Shown here piece after piece: positions 1-9,104 of a stretch of DNA of 61,766 bases. The notes under the pieces are model-generated. The model had not been told where the DNA came from. It saw only the letters and a program-made list of their open reading frames with translations, and searched no databases. The translations under genes were made by a program, and so were the position numbers. The DNA is from an uncultured bacterium (lineage in GTDB: Bacteria; Fidelibacterota; Marinisomatia; SCGC-AAA003-L08; JACNLC01). Location of the stretch: NCBI GenBank assembly GCA_964607375.1, contig CAZSJY010000002.1:1-61766 (forward strand). The letters are read 5' to 3'. Each line of letters starts with the position of its first letter. Position 1 is the stretch's first letter.

Positions 1-2
1 GT

Positions 3-2414
3 GAAGTTGCCATACCCGTAACACTTACCATACCCAATAACGCACCCATTGCAGACGACATTAATGTAGAGGTGGTAGAAGATGAAACTGTAGATGTTAC
101 TCTAACTGCTACAGATGCTAATAATGATGAACTAACATTTTCTTTGCAAACAAATCCTACCAACGGTATTTTACTTGGTGATGTTCCAAACATAACATAT
201 AGACCAAACCCAGATTGGCACGGCACAGATACATTTACCTACACAGCACACGATGGGGAATTAGAAAGTGAAATTGCTACTGTAACAATTTCAGTTTCTA
301 ATGCAGATGATGAAATAGTTGTTACAGAATTACTTCCATCAGAATTTGAACAAACAATTAATGAAACGGAAACACTCAACTTCAGCATAATAGCAGAAGA
401 CCCTGATGGAAATGAACTTGAATATTTATGGAAATTGGATGATATTGAAGTATCTATCACAAACACTTATGGTTTTGTTACTGATTATGAGTCATCAGGA
501 GTACATATAATAACACTTGATGTTACAGATAATTTTAGAAGAAACTCACTTTATTATGAGTGGAATGTAAATGTTGTGAATGTAGATCAAGATATTGTTA
601 TCATTGAATTGTTACCTGAAGAAACTGATTTAGTAATTGATGAAACGGAAACGGTTCAATTCTCTGTATCAGCAGAGGATCCCGATGGCACTCCAATTTT
701 ATATTCTTGGAAGCAAAACGGAGTTGAAGTATCCAACAATAATTCGTTTGATTTTATAACTGATTATTTTGGTGAAAATTCAGCTGGTGATTATACCATT
801 TCACTTGATATAGCAAATGAAGAACCTCGTTCACCTGAACGAATATTATTCATCGGGAATAGTATAACTTACTACAATGGAGGAGTCAATCAGCATCTAC
901 TGAATTTGGCGTTATCTGCTGATGAAACTGACCCAATTGACATTGATGCTTCAACAATCCCGGGGGCAACACTTATGCAGCATTGGAATAACGGAGATGC
1001 AGTTGCAGAAATCCAAACTGGTAATTGGGATTTGGTTGTATTGCAAGAGAGAACTGCAACTCCTGTAGAAGATCCGGAGTTATTCTATCAATATGTAGCG
1101 ATGTTTGATAGTGTGATAACCTTATACGGTGCTGAAACAATTCTATTCCACTCATGGCCATATCGCGGAACATTTGACACGATGATAGAAGAACAAACTG
1201 AAGCGTTTGATTTTATCAGCAACGAATTGGAGATTGATGTTGTGAATGTTGCTAGAGCTTGGGATTTATGTAGAGATGAACATCAAGAAATTGAGTTGTT
1301 CAATGATGATGGAAATCACCCGAATGTTTATGGCACTTACCTTGCATCGTGTTCGTTTTACAGCTATTTGTGGGAGCAAAGTCCAGTAGGAATTGCGTAT
1401 GTAAATAGTGATGATATTTCTGAATCTGATAAGTTAATTTTGCAGGAAGTTGCTTGGGAATCATCTCTTAACTATCCGTTTATTGATGATTTATCGTTCA
1501 ATTGGAATGTAACTGTGAATAATGTCAATCGTCCACCTGTAGTAGAAGATCGAAACTTTGATACAATTGAGGAATCAGAAATTACAATTACATTATCAGG
1601 CACAGATCCTGACGAGGATGAATTGACATTCTACATAACTGATACAACTCAATATGGGGTTTATTCGGACAATGTTTATACTCCAAATACGAACTATTTT
1701 GGTTCAGATTATTTCAAATACATAGCTTTTGATGGAATTGATTACTCTGATACAGCAATCGTTGTAATAATTGTACATCCAGTTAACGATACACCAATGG
1801 AGTTTAACCTAATTAGCCCAGTAAATGACAGTACAATTGTGATTAATGTTGAGAATATTGAAGACACACTCGAGTTTGTTTGGAGTAGATCTTTTGATCC
1901 AGATTATGATGTGATATCATATTCGTTTACTGGATACGATGACCTAGACTTCATCGAATTTGATTCTACTTCTGATACAACATTTGCTATTGGTTTGAGT
2001 GCAATTGTTGATGAAATGAATTTACAAGATGTTGATATGTTAACTGGTTCATGGAAGATATTTGCAACAGATGGAATTGAAACCATATCCTCAGCAGAAT
2101 ATTTACTAACAATTGATGCAACTGAATTAGCAATAGACGAGATTATTCCACTCGAATATTCATTGCTAAATCCATATCCAAATCCGTTTAATCCGATTAC
2201 AACAGTTAGCTATCAACTTCCTAGTCCAAGCTCCGTGCTAATAACCATTTATAATATCCAAGGTCAGCTAATAGAAACACTTGTTAACTCACAAATTGAA
2301 GCAGGTTATCATTCAGTTATTTGGAATGCACCTAATCAACCAAGTGGGTTGTATTTCATTCAAATGGTATCTGGTGATTATGTGTTTATACAGAAAGTTC
2401 TATTGTTGAAATAA
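3..2414 (+). CDS. 5'-truncated secreted repeat protein with cadherin/Ig-like repeats flanking an SGNH/GDSL-type hydrolase domain and a T9SS C-terminal sorting domain
   Basis: The frame is open from the window edge, so track start 72 is an internal GTG. Adhesin-type repeats are present (DANNDELTF...GTDTFTYTAHDG, DPDEDELTF...GSDYFKYIAFDG). SGNH blocks FIGNSITYY and DGNHPN are present. The C-terminus YPNPFNPITTVSYQL...SGLYFIQM is typical of Por/T9SS CTDs. Confidence 0.7.
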   Translation, partial: EVAIPVTLTIPNNAPIADDINVEVVEDETVDVTLTATDANNDELTFSLQTNPTNGILLGDVPNITYRPNPDWHGTDTFTYTAHDGELESEIATVTISVSNADDEIVVTELLPSEFEQTINETETLNFSIIAEDPDGNELEYLWKLDDIEVSITNTYGFVTDYESSGVHIITLDVTDNFRRNSLYYEWNVNVVNVDQDIVIIELLPEETDLVIDETETVQFSVSAEDPDGTPILYSWKQNGVEVSNNNSFDFITDYFGENSAGDYTISLDIANEEPRSPERILFIGNSITYYNGGVNQHLLNLALSADETDPIDIDASTIPGATLMQHWNNGDAVAEIQTGNWDLVVLQERTATPVEDPELFYQYVAMFDSVITLYGAETILFHSWPYRGTFDTMIEEQTEAFDFISNELEIDVVNVARAWDLCRDEHQEIELFNDDGNHPNVYGTYLASCSFYSYLWEQSPVGIAYVNSDDISESDKLILQEVAWESSLNYPFIDDLSFNWNVTVNNVNRPPVVEDRNFDTIEESEITITLSGTDPDEDELTFYITDTTQYGVYSDNVYTPNTNYFGSDYFKYIAFDGIDYSDTAIVVIIVHPVNDTPMEFNLISPVNDSTIVINVENIEDTLEFVWSRSFDPDYDVISYSFTGYDDLDFIEFDSTSDTTFAIGLSAIVDEMNLQDVDMLTGSWKIFATDGIETISSAEYLLTIDATELAIDEIIPLEYSLLNPYPNPFNPITTVSYQLPSPSSVLITIYNIQGQLIETLVNSQIEAGYHSVIWNAPNQPSGLYFIQMVSGDYVFIQKVLLLK

Positions 2415-2435
2415 GCTATCCTAAAAAAAAATCCC

Positions 2436-2468
2436 AAAACCCCTTAGTGCAATCTGAGGGGTTTTTTT
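2436..2468 (+). terminator. Rho-independent terminator
   Basis: Stem CCCCTTAG/CTGAGGGG (one G-U pair), loop TGCAAT, followed by a T7 run, 20 nt after the stop codon. Confidence 0.8.
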
Positions 2469-2663
2469 ATAATTAAACAGCTATAGCTTATTTCACCTTT
2501 GAATTGCAGTTTTGGAAGTCTTGTATAAACAAGTACAACTTCCAAATGTTTGTAAATTTTGTTACATCCTGTAATATTTTAGAGTAACAAATCACTAATA
2601 TTTTCTGTTAACTTTACACATTGGATTATAGTTACTATTTATCAATTAAAAAGAGGATTAGAA

Positions 2664-4475
2664 ATGAAAATAGATATCAGGAAAGTGTTATTAGTTTTAG
2701 GATTTGGGTTATCGATTACATTTGCCACAGAAATGTTAGTTGTTGGTGAAGTATTTACGGAATCTTGGTGAACTTACTGTCCACAAGCCCGTGCTGGCTT
2801 GTCAGAGTTGAATGATAACTACGAAATTATCCCTATAATGTGGGAGGGTGATCAAAATACCAGTCCTAATTATGCAAACCGAGGAAGCTGGTATAATGTT
2901 CAGGCCTTACCAACAGCTGTATTTGGTGGAGTAGAACCTGATGTAGGTGGTGGTGATACTTATCCTAGATATGTTAGCCATTACAATGCAGTTGCATCAA
3001 ATCAAAGTCCTCTTTCAATAGATCTGGTTATGGATAGAAATGAGCAAGGAGATTTGGTTCTTGAAGCAGATGTTGAGGTTACAGGTGAAATCACTACATC
3101 TGACAATATTCTTGAATTTATTGTAACTTATAATTTTTCAAGTTCATATTTTTGTACTGTACAAAGATATTATGAAGAAGAATTTACTTTAACTTCAATT
3201 GGAGAAACTGCTCACTATACACACGAATTTGCTATTGATTCTGAGTGGGATTTGGCCAAGTTAACTGGAGTTATGCTTGTTCAAACAAATGAAGGTGAGA
3301 TGACTGGAGGAGAATATCCTGTTCATACTAGAGCTGTACTACAAGGAGCTAAATCAGTTTTCCCTCCTAACTCACTTTTAACAGGTGTTGTATCTGATGC
3401 TTATACTTCAGAACCTATAGAGGGAGCGTTAGTTACAGCTGGTTCTTATGAAGTATTAACTTCAAGTAATGGTGGATATACACTTTCAGTAATTAATGGT
3501 AATTATGATGTAGCCTGCAGTGCTGAAGGATATGAAACTATTATTTCCTCTATTACAGCGTTAGAAGATGATGCTGTAGAATTGAATTTTGAGTTATCTG
3601 AACAACTTCTACCACCAATAGATTTAGAGGCTTTTGTTGATGGAGGTTCTGTAACTTTATCTTGGGGTTATCCTGAAATTCAATTTGCTAATGTTGTCGT
3701 AGAAATCGATACAGATAATTATCCTGCTGAAACTTCTTGGGATTTAGTTGATGCTACAGGTACAGTTATTGCTGGTATTAATCCTGCTGATTTATCTTCG
3801 GCAAATACTCTACACACTTGGCAACTTGAAATTCCATTAGGAACTTACACATTTACAATTTATGATTCTTATGGAGATGGTATTTGCTGCGCCCATGGTG
3901 ATGGATATTACAATCTATATTTGAACGGAAATGTAATAACCTCAGGTGGAGAATTTGCTTCATCAGAAAGTTTTACATTTGAAGCAGATTTAAACAGAGA
4001 TAGAGAAATATTCGGATATAATGTTTGGGAAAGATTCACTGAAACTCCACTTAATGGAGAAACTTTAATTACTGACTTAAACTATACAGTTTCCGGTCTA
4101 TCAAATGGAACTTATTTCTTTACTGTTTCAGCTATTTATCATCACGGTGAATCTGAACCTACAAACGCTATTGCAGTAGTCGTAGAAAATGCTTCAAATG
4201 ATGAAATAGTTGTTGATAGTTTTTCATTGAACCAGAATTTCCCAAATCCGTTTAATCCTGTAACTTCTATAAGTTACACTATTCCTGAGTTGGACTTTGT
4301 AACATTGACAGTTTATGATATTATAGGTAGAGAAGTTGCATTACTAGTAAACGAAATGCAAGTAGGATATCAGACTGCAATTTTTGATGCAAGTGAATTT
4401 TCTTCAGGAGTTTATATTTATAGATTAATCTCAAGAAATCAGATTACTGAAAACAAAATGATTTTAATGAAGTAA
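2664..4475 (+). CDS. Candidate selenoprotein: signal peptide, thioredoxin-like domain with a U-x-x-C motif (UGA at 2769-2771), CarboxypepD_reg-like domain, Cys-rich YGDG domain and T9SS CTD
   Basis: ATG 2664 follows AGAGGA and encodes the signal peptide MKIDIRKVLLVLGFGLSITFA. The sequence then reads EVFTESW-TGA-TYCPQARAGL in the same frame as track ORF 2799-4475, with no other stop. A SECIS-like hairpin follows the UGA. The C-terminus FPNPFNPVTSISY...SGVYIYRL is a T9SS CTD. Confidence 0.7.
2771..2809 (+). promoter_or_regulatory. Bacterial SECIS-like hairpin immediately 3' of the in-frame UGA
   Basis: Stems are AACU/AGUU (4 bp), CUG/CAG (3 bp) and ACAAGCC/GGCUUGU (7 bp), with bulges UA and UCC and apical loop CGUGCU. 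The loop G2791 and U2792 are nt 23 and 24 counted from the U of UGA. Confidence 0.65.
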
Positions 4476-4535
4476 ATATTTTGATCTTGGAAAGGGATTT
4501 TCACAATATCAAAATGAATAAGAAGGACAATAGGA

Positions 4536-5249
4536 ATGAATAAAATAACTTTGATGATTAGCATTTTTGTGGTTTTGTTGAGTGGTGTATTTTCTCAAAC
4601 ATTTGAATTTCATATTGAGGACGATTTAATCCAACATATTGAAGTAGATTCCGTTGCAGCATTCGATGGTTTTGTTACAAATACTACCCAAGATATAATT
4701 CAAATAGCATTTGTTCGTACTCAGAATTACTTGCCTGAATCCTGGTCATCTACTATGTGTGTAGGTACTTCTTGTTATCCTTCTTTTATAGATTCAGTTG
4801 CAGTATCATTTAATCCAGGAGAAAGTAAGGATTTTATAGTGGATATTATTGCTTATAGCATTGAGGGAACTGCAAATGTTCAGGTTGCAATTTTTGATTT
4901 AGCGTTTCCCGATGACAAAATCATAACCGATTATCAGGCGACAACAGATCCATTGGACAACCACTACGAATTGGAAATTTCGAATTATGAATTGATGCAG
5001 TGTTATCCGAACCCCTTTAATCCACAAACAACAATTAGTTATCAACTCCCTGCTCCAAGCTCCGTGTTCATTACTATTTATAACATTAATGGACAGCTTG
5101 TTGAGGAGTTAGTAGGCAGTAGTACTGTGCAGGAAGCAGGTTCTCATTTTGTTGTTTGGAATGCGGGACAGCATCCAAGTGGAATATATTTTGGAAAACT
5201 ACAAGCAAATGGTTTTACTTTAACACAGAAATTGTCATTATTGAAATAG
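4536..5249 (+). CDS. Hypothetical secreted protein with a T9SS C-terminal sorting domain
   Basis: It has an N-terminal signal peptide. Its CTD (YPNPFNPQTTISYQLPAPSSVFITIYN...SGIYFGKL) closely parallels the CTD of the first gene. Confidence 0.65.
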   Translation: MNKITLMISIFVVLLSGVFSQTFEFHIEDDLIQHIEVDSVAAFDGFVTNTTQDIIQIAFVRTQNYLPESWSSTMCVGTSCYPSFIDSVAVSFNPGESKDFIVDIIAYSIEGTANVQVAIFDLAFPDDKIITDYQATTDPLDNHYELEISNYELMQCYPNPFNPQTTISYQLPAPSSVFITIYNINGQLVEELVGSSTVQEAGSHFVVWNAGQHPSGIYFGKLQANGFTLTQKLSLLK

Positions 5250-5275
5250 TAGCAATTTATGACTAAAATCCAATT

Positions 5276-5307
5276 AAAGAGCTTCGTTTTACTTCGGAGC
5301 TCTTTTT
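5276..5307 (+). terminator. Rho-independent terminator
   Basis: An 11-bp stem (AAAGAGCTTCG/CGGAGCTCTTT, including one G-U pair) is followed by a T-run. Confidence 0.75.
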
Positions 5308-5318
5308 AATTTATACCA

Positions 5319-5798
5319 ATGATACTAACCGAAGAACAGAAAATATACGGAATGCAATTAGCAATTCGAGAAGCAAACATAGCCCTAAAGGAAGATGAAA
5401 TTCCAATAGGATCTGTTGTTATCAAAAATGGCCAAGTAATTGGTCGAGGTTACAATCAACGCGAACAACTCAAAGATCCAACTGCACACGCAGAAATGAT
5501 TGCGTTGACTTCCGCCTCCAATACTATAGGAAATTGGAGATTAACGGATTGTGAATTGTATGTGACAAAAGAACCTTGCCCAATGTGTGCCGGTGCAATT
5601 ATGAATGCACGGATTTCCTTTGTAGGATTTGGAGTTTATGATGATCAAGCTGGATGTTGTGGATCTTTATATCAATTGTGCAGAGAACCCCGTTTTAATC
5701 ATCAATCAATTGTCCAAGGAGGAATTCTAGAAGATGAGTGCAGGGAATTATTGAATCGATTTTTTGAGAAAAGAAGAAATCAAGAAAATGAAATGTAG
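5319..5798 (+). CDS. tadA: tRNA-specific adenosine deaminase
   Basis: CDA zinc motifs HAEMIAL and PCPMCAGA are present. Size (159 aa) fits. Confidence 0.85.
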   Translation: MILTEEQKIYGMQLAIREANIALKEDEIPIGSVVIKNGQVIGRGYNQREQLKDPTAHAEMIALTSASNTIGNWRLTDCELYVTKEPCPMCAGAIMNARISFVGFGVYDDQAGCCGSLYQLCREPRFNHQSIVQGGILEDECRELLNRFFEKRRNQENEM

Positions 5799-5812
5799 AT
5801 TAACTACATATC

Positions 5813-6121
5813 TCAATGATCTAAATTATGATTATCTAATTTATTTTTAGTAATATTATTTCTTGAAAACAACTTATCTTTCATTTCTCTTTTAAACCAT
5901 TGGACACCCTGCTTACCGATAAGAAGAATAGCTAATCCGAGTAAACCCCAAGACATTGCATAGACTTTTCCACTCCACCATAACCAATTTGAGTTTCCTG
6001 TTTTAGCCGCAAGAAATGCAAAAATTAAAATCAATCCATAAGCTACAGGGAAACTCAATATTAGGAAAAATATACCAGTTTTAAATTGTAAACTCTTTTT
6101 GCTATTTATAGCCTTTTTCAT
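5813..6121 (-). CDS. Small membrane protein of unknown function
   Basis: The 102-aa ORF has two to three hydrophobic helices and no recognised family. Confidence 0.4.
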   Translation of the reverse strand: MKKAINSKKSLQFKTGIFFLILSFPVAYGLILIFAFLAAKTGNSNWLWWSGKVYAMSWGLLGLAILLIGKQGVQWFKREMKDKLFSRNNITKNKLDNHNLDH

Positions 6122-6154
6122 AATATTAACATAAAATTTGATAAAAAAAGAAAG

Positions 6155-6242
6155 CGGAGAGAGGGAGATTTGAACTCCCGGTAGGCTTTTGACCTACACA
6201 CGCTTTCCAAGCGTGCACCTTAAGCCACTCGGACATCTCTCC
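6155..6242 (-). tRNA. tRNA-Ser (anticodon GGA)
   Basis: The reverse complement is GGAGAGAUGUCCGAGUGGCUUAAGGUGCACGCUUGGAAAGCGUG...GGGAGUUCAAAUCUCCCUCUCUCCG. It has a 7-bp acceptor stem, anticodon stem CACGC/GCGUG with loop UUGGAAA, a long variable arm, and T-loop UUCAAAU. Confidence 0.9.
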
Positions 6243-6430
6243 AGCAAATAAGTTGAAAAATCTATTTATTAGGTTTTCCAGTTCAAAAAACTTAAATGCA
6301 CTTATCAATGTTAAGCAAGATTTATCGTCATCAATATCTCTAAATCTTTTCATTTCCATGTTTGTAATAATCAACGAGTACTTTTAACTTTAGGCTATGA
6401 AATTTCATCTAGGTATATTCCATAACTCAA

Positions 6431-7372
6431 ATGAAAATGTTTAAAAACGGATTTAAACTAATTGTTATCCGTGATGGACAGTTTGGTTTAAAGCAGTTCA
6501 GTATATCGCCAACTCATATTGTTATCCTACTTTTAGTTATCATTTTAGGGGTTACTGGTTCATTATTTTTATTTTCAGATTCTTTTGCTGAATGGGCATA
6601 CACTAGAAAGCTTGATAGAATTAAAGAAGATAATTCCAATCTTGTAGATAAAATTAAAGAAAACGAGAAAAGAGTAGAGCTACTAATTGAACAATTAGAA
6701 GTTATCAAAGAACAAGATAGAACTCTAAGGGATCTTGTTAAATTACCTCAGATTCATGATGATATTCGTGAAGTTGGTATTGGAGGAAATACACCTAAAG
6801 ATGAATCTGGTATTTTAGAATATCTACTACCTGTAGATAATGTAAATTTATTAGAAATTGATAAGAGGATTGATTTCTTAAGTCGTTTGTTTAACTTAGA
6901 ATCCTTGAGTTATACAGAAATACTTGATCAAGCTAAGAGTGATGTTGAAAGATATCGCTCGTATCCAGCAATCTATCCTGTAGAACTTTATGACTGTAAA
7001 TTCACTTCAAATTATGGTTACAGACGCGATCCTTTTACTAGGAGATACAAATTTCACGATGGTCATGATTTTTCTGCTAGAACAGGAACACCAGTACATG
7101 TAACCGCAGATGGTGTTGTGAAACTTTCAAAATATTACGGAACTTATGGAAATTATATTGAAATTGATCATGGATACGGGTATTCCACAGTGTATGCACA
7201 TCTAGCTATGCGTAAAGTAAAAGTAGGAGAAAAAGTAATCCGTGGCCAAAACATAGGCACAATCGGGAATACTGGTAGATCAACTGCTCCACATTTACAT
7301 TATGAAATAAAGTACAAAAAGAAAAATGTAGATCCTGGACACTTTTATTTTGAACCTGAAAAAGTCAATTAA
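6431..7372 (+). CDS. M23 family metallopeptidase with N-terminal TM and coiled coil (EnvC/NlpD-like)
   Basis: Motifs HDGHDF and GNTGRSTAPHLHYEI are present. Confidence 0.8.
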   Translation: MKMFKNGFKLIVIRDGQFGLKQFSISPTHIVILLLVIILGVTGSLFLFSDSFAEWAYTRKLDRIKEDNSNLVDKIKENEKRVELLIEQLEVIKEQDRTLRDLVKLPQIHDDIREVGIGGNTPKDESGILEYLLPVDNVNLLEIDKRIDFLSRLFNLESLSYTEILDQAKSDVERYRSYPAIYPVELYDCKFTSNYGYRRDPFTRRYKFHDGHDFSARTGTPVHVTADGVVKLSKYYGTYGNYIEIDHGYGYSTVYAHLAMRKVKVGEKVIRGQNIGTIGNTGRSTAPHLHYEIKYKKKNVDPGHFYFEPEKVN

Positions 7373-7426
7373 TTATTTAGGGAACATTTCAGTTTCTCTT
7401 TGTCTTAATCAACTAAATATTTTGTA

Positions 7427-8740
7427 ATGAAAACTCAAAAATTCCATATTGAGACCTTTGGCTGTCAGATGAATGTTTATGATTCTGAATTGGTTGCGGG
7501 TATTTTAGAAGAATCAGGACTTGAAAATACTGACAAACCAGAACATGCTGATGCCATATTTTTGAATACTTGTTCTGTTCGAGAAAAAGCAGAAGAAACA
7601 GTACATAATCGGCTGAATAATCTCAAATCACTAAAGAAAAGAAATCCATCATTAATATTTGGAGTTTTGGGATGTATGGCTCAAAGTATGAAAAATGATT
7701 TATTAGAATCTCAACCACTCGTTGATATCATATTAGGACCAGATTCTTATAGAAAAATTCCTACAATTATTAAAGAGCGTTCTATCACAAATGGGAGTAT
7801 CGTAGATACCAAACTTTCAAAGTATGAATTTTATGATGATTTATTCCCTTCAAGGAAAGAAGGAGTAAATGCTTGGATTCCAATTATGCGTGGATGTGAT
7901 AAGTTTTGCACTTTTTGCATTGTCCCATTTACTCGCGGTAGAGAGAGAAGTAGAACAATAGATAGTATTGTAAATGAAGTCAAACAATCTGTTGAAAAGG
8001 GTTTTGTTGAAATTACTTTGTTAGGACAAAATGTTAATTCATACAGATCCGACGAAGGGAACTTCCCTGAACTATTAGAAGCTGTTGCAAACATCCGTGG
8101 AGTTTTGCGTATAAGATACACATCACCTCATCCAGCAGACATCAATGATAATTTACTACAAGTTATGAGAGATAATCCCAAAATTTGCAATCATATTCAT
8201 TTACCTCTTCAAGCTGGTTCCACTAGAATATTGAACCGAATGAATCGGACCTATACAAAAGAAGAATTTCTTACTTTAGTCAATAAAATCAGAACCTATT
8301 TACCTAATTGTGCGTTATCTACAGATATTATTGTTGGTTTCCCTGGTGAAACAGAAGAAGAATTCCAAGAAACACTCAAGGTTGTAAGGAATGTTGGTTT
8401 TGATTCAGCATTTATGTTTAAGTATTCACCTAGACGGGGTACAAAAGCATCTGAATATTCGGATCAAGTCCCAGATAATGTGAAACAGGAACGATTAGAA
8501 AGATTGATTAGTATTCAAAAAAAAATGTCATTGCTACTAAATCAGAACCATATTGGGAAAGTGATGGATGTAATGATTGAGAAAGTAAGTAAAAAATCTC
8601 CCCATCAATGGGCTGGTAGAACTGAAGGGAACATTTGGGTTGTATTTGATAAATCTAATGAAGAAGTTAAAGATATTGCAAAAGTGAAAATTGATGATGC
8701 TCAAGGTGTAACACTTTTTGGTCATAAAATAGAAGGATAA
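7427..8740 (+). CDS. miaB: tRNA-i6A37 methylthiotransferase
   Basis: It has an UPF0004 N-domain (FGCQMN, CSVRE), the radical SAM motif CDKFCTFC, and a TRAM C-terminus. Confidence 0.85.
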   Translation: MKTQKFHIETFGCQMNVYDSELVAGILEESGLENTDKPEHADAIFLNTCSVREKAEETVHNRLNNLKSLKKRNPSLIFGVLGCMAQSMKNDLLESQPLVDIILGPDSYRKIPTIIKERSITNGSIVDTKLSKYEFYDDLFPSRKEGVNAWIPIMRGCDKFCTFCIVPFTRGRERSRTIDSIVNEVKQSVEKGFVEITLLGQNVNSYRSDEGNFPELLEAVANIRGVLRIRYTSPHPADINDNLLQVMRDNPKICNHIHLPLQAGSTRILNRMNRTYTKEEFLTLVNKIRTYLPNCALSTDIIVGFPGETEEEFQETLKVVRNVGFDSAFMFKYSPRRGTKASEYSDQVPDNVKQERLERLISIQKKMSLLLNQNHIGKVMDVMIEKVSKKSPHQWAGRTEGNIWVVFDKSNEEVKDIAKVKIDDAQGVTLFGHKIEG

Positions 8741-8744
8741 AGTA

Positions 8745-9104
8745 ATGAAACTGTTAAAATATTTGTTTTTTGTTTTGATTTTAATTGTGAGTGTAATATT
8801 CCTAGTAAAATTAAACGAATTGAACCAAATTGACGGAAATGCGATGTCAATTAAATTACCTAATTTCAAAAATGTTGAAAATCCATTTGTTTTTAATGTA
8901 TGGATTGTTATGATCATTACATTCACGGTTGGAGTTTTAATTGGATTTTTGATGGCTTTGGTTCAACTGATCAGTCAAAAACGCGAAGTGATATCTCTTC
9001 GTTCAAGTGCAAGGCGTTTGCAGGTGGAACTTGACAGCTTGCGCAATCAATCAATTGAGGATGATATAGTAATAAAAGATAGTAGTGAGAGTGTAGAGAT
9101 ATGA
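8745..9104 (+). CDS. LapA-like (DUF1049-type) inner-membrane protein
   Basis: It has two TM helices and then a coiled-coil tail. It overlaps the start of a TPR protein, as in lapA-lapB. Confidence 0.5.
   Translation: MKLLKYLFFVLILIVSVIFLVKLNELNQIDGNAMSIKLPNFKNVENPFVFNVWIVMIITFTVGVLIGFLMALVQLISQKREVISLRSSARRLQVELDSLRNQSIEDDIVIKDSSESVEI

Noticed and set aside
6126-6374. An 82-aa minus-strand ORF from the track.
   Set aside because: It runs through the tRNA-Ser(GGA) gene at 6155-6242 on the same strand, and its translation has no protein-like features. It is spurious.
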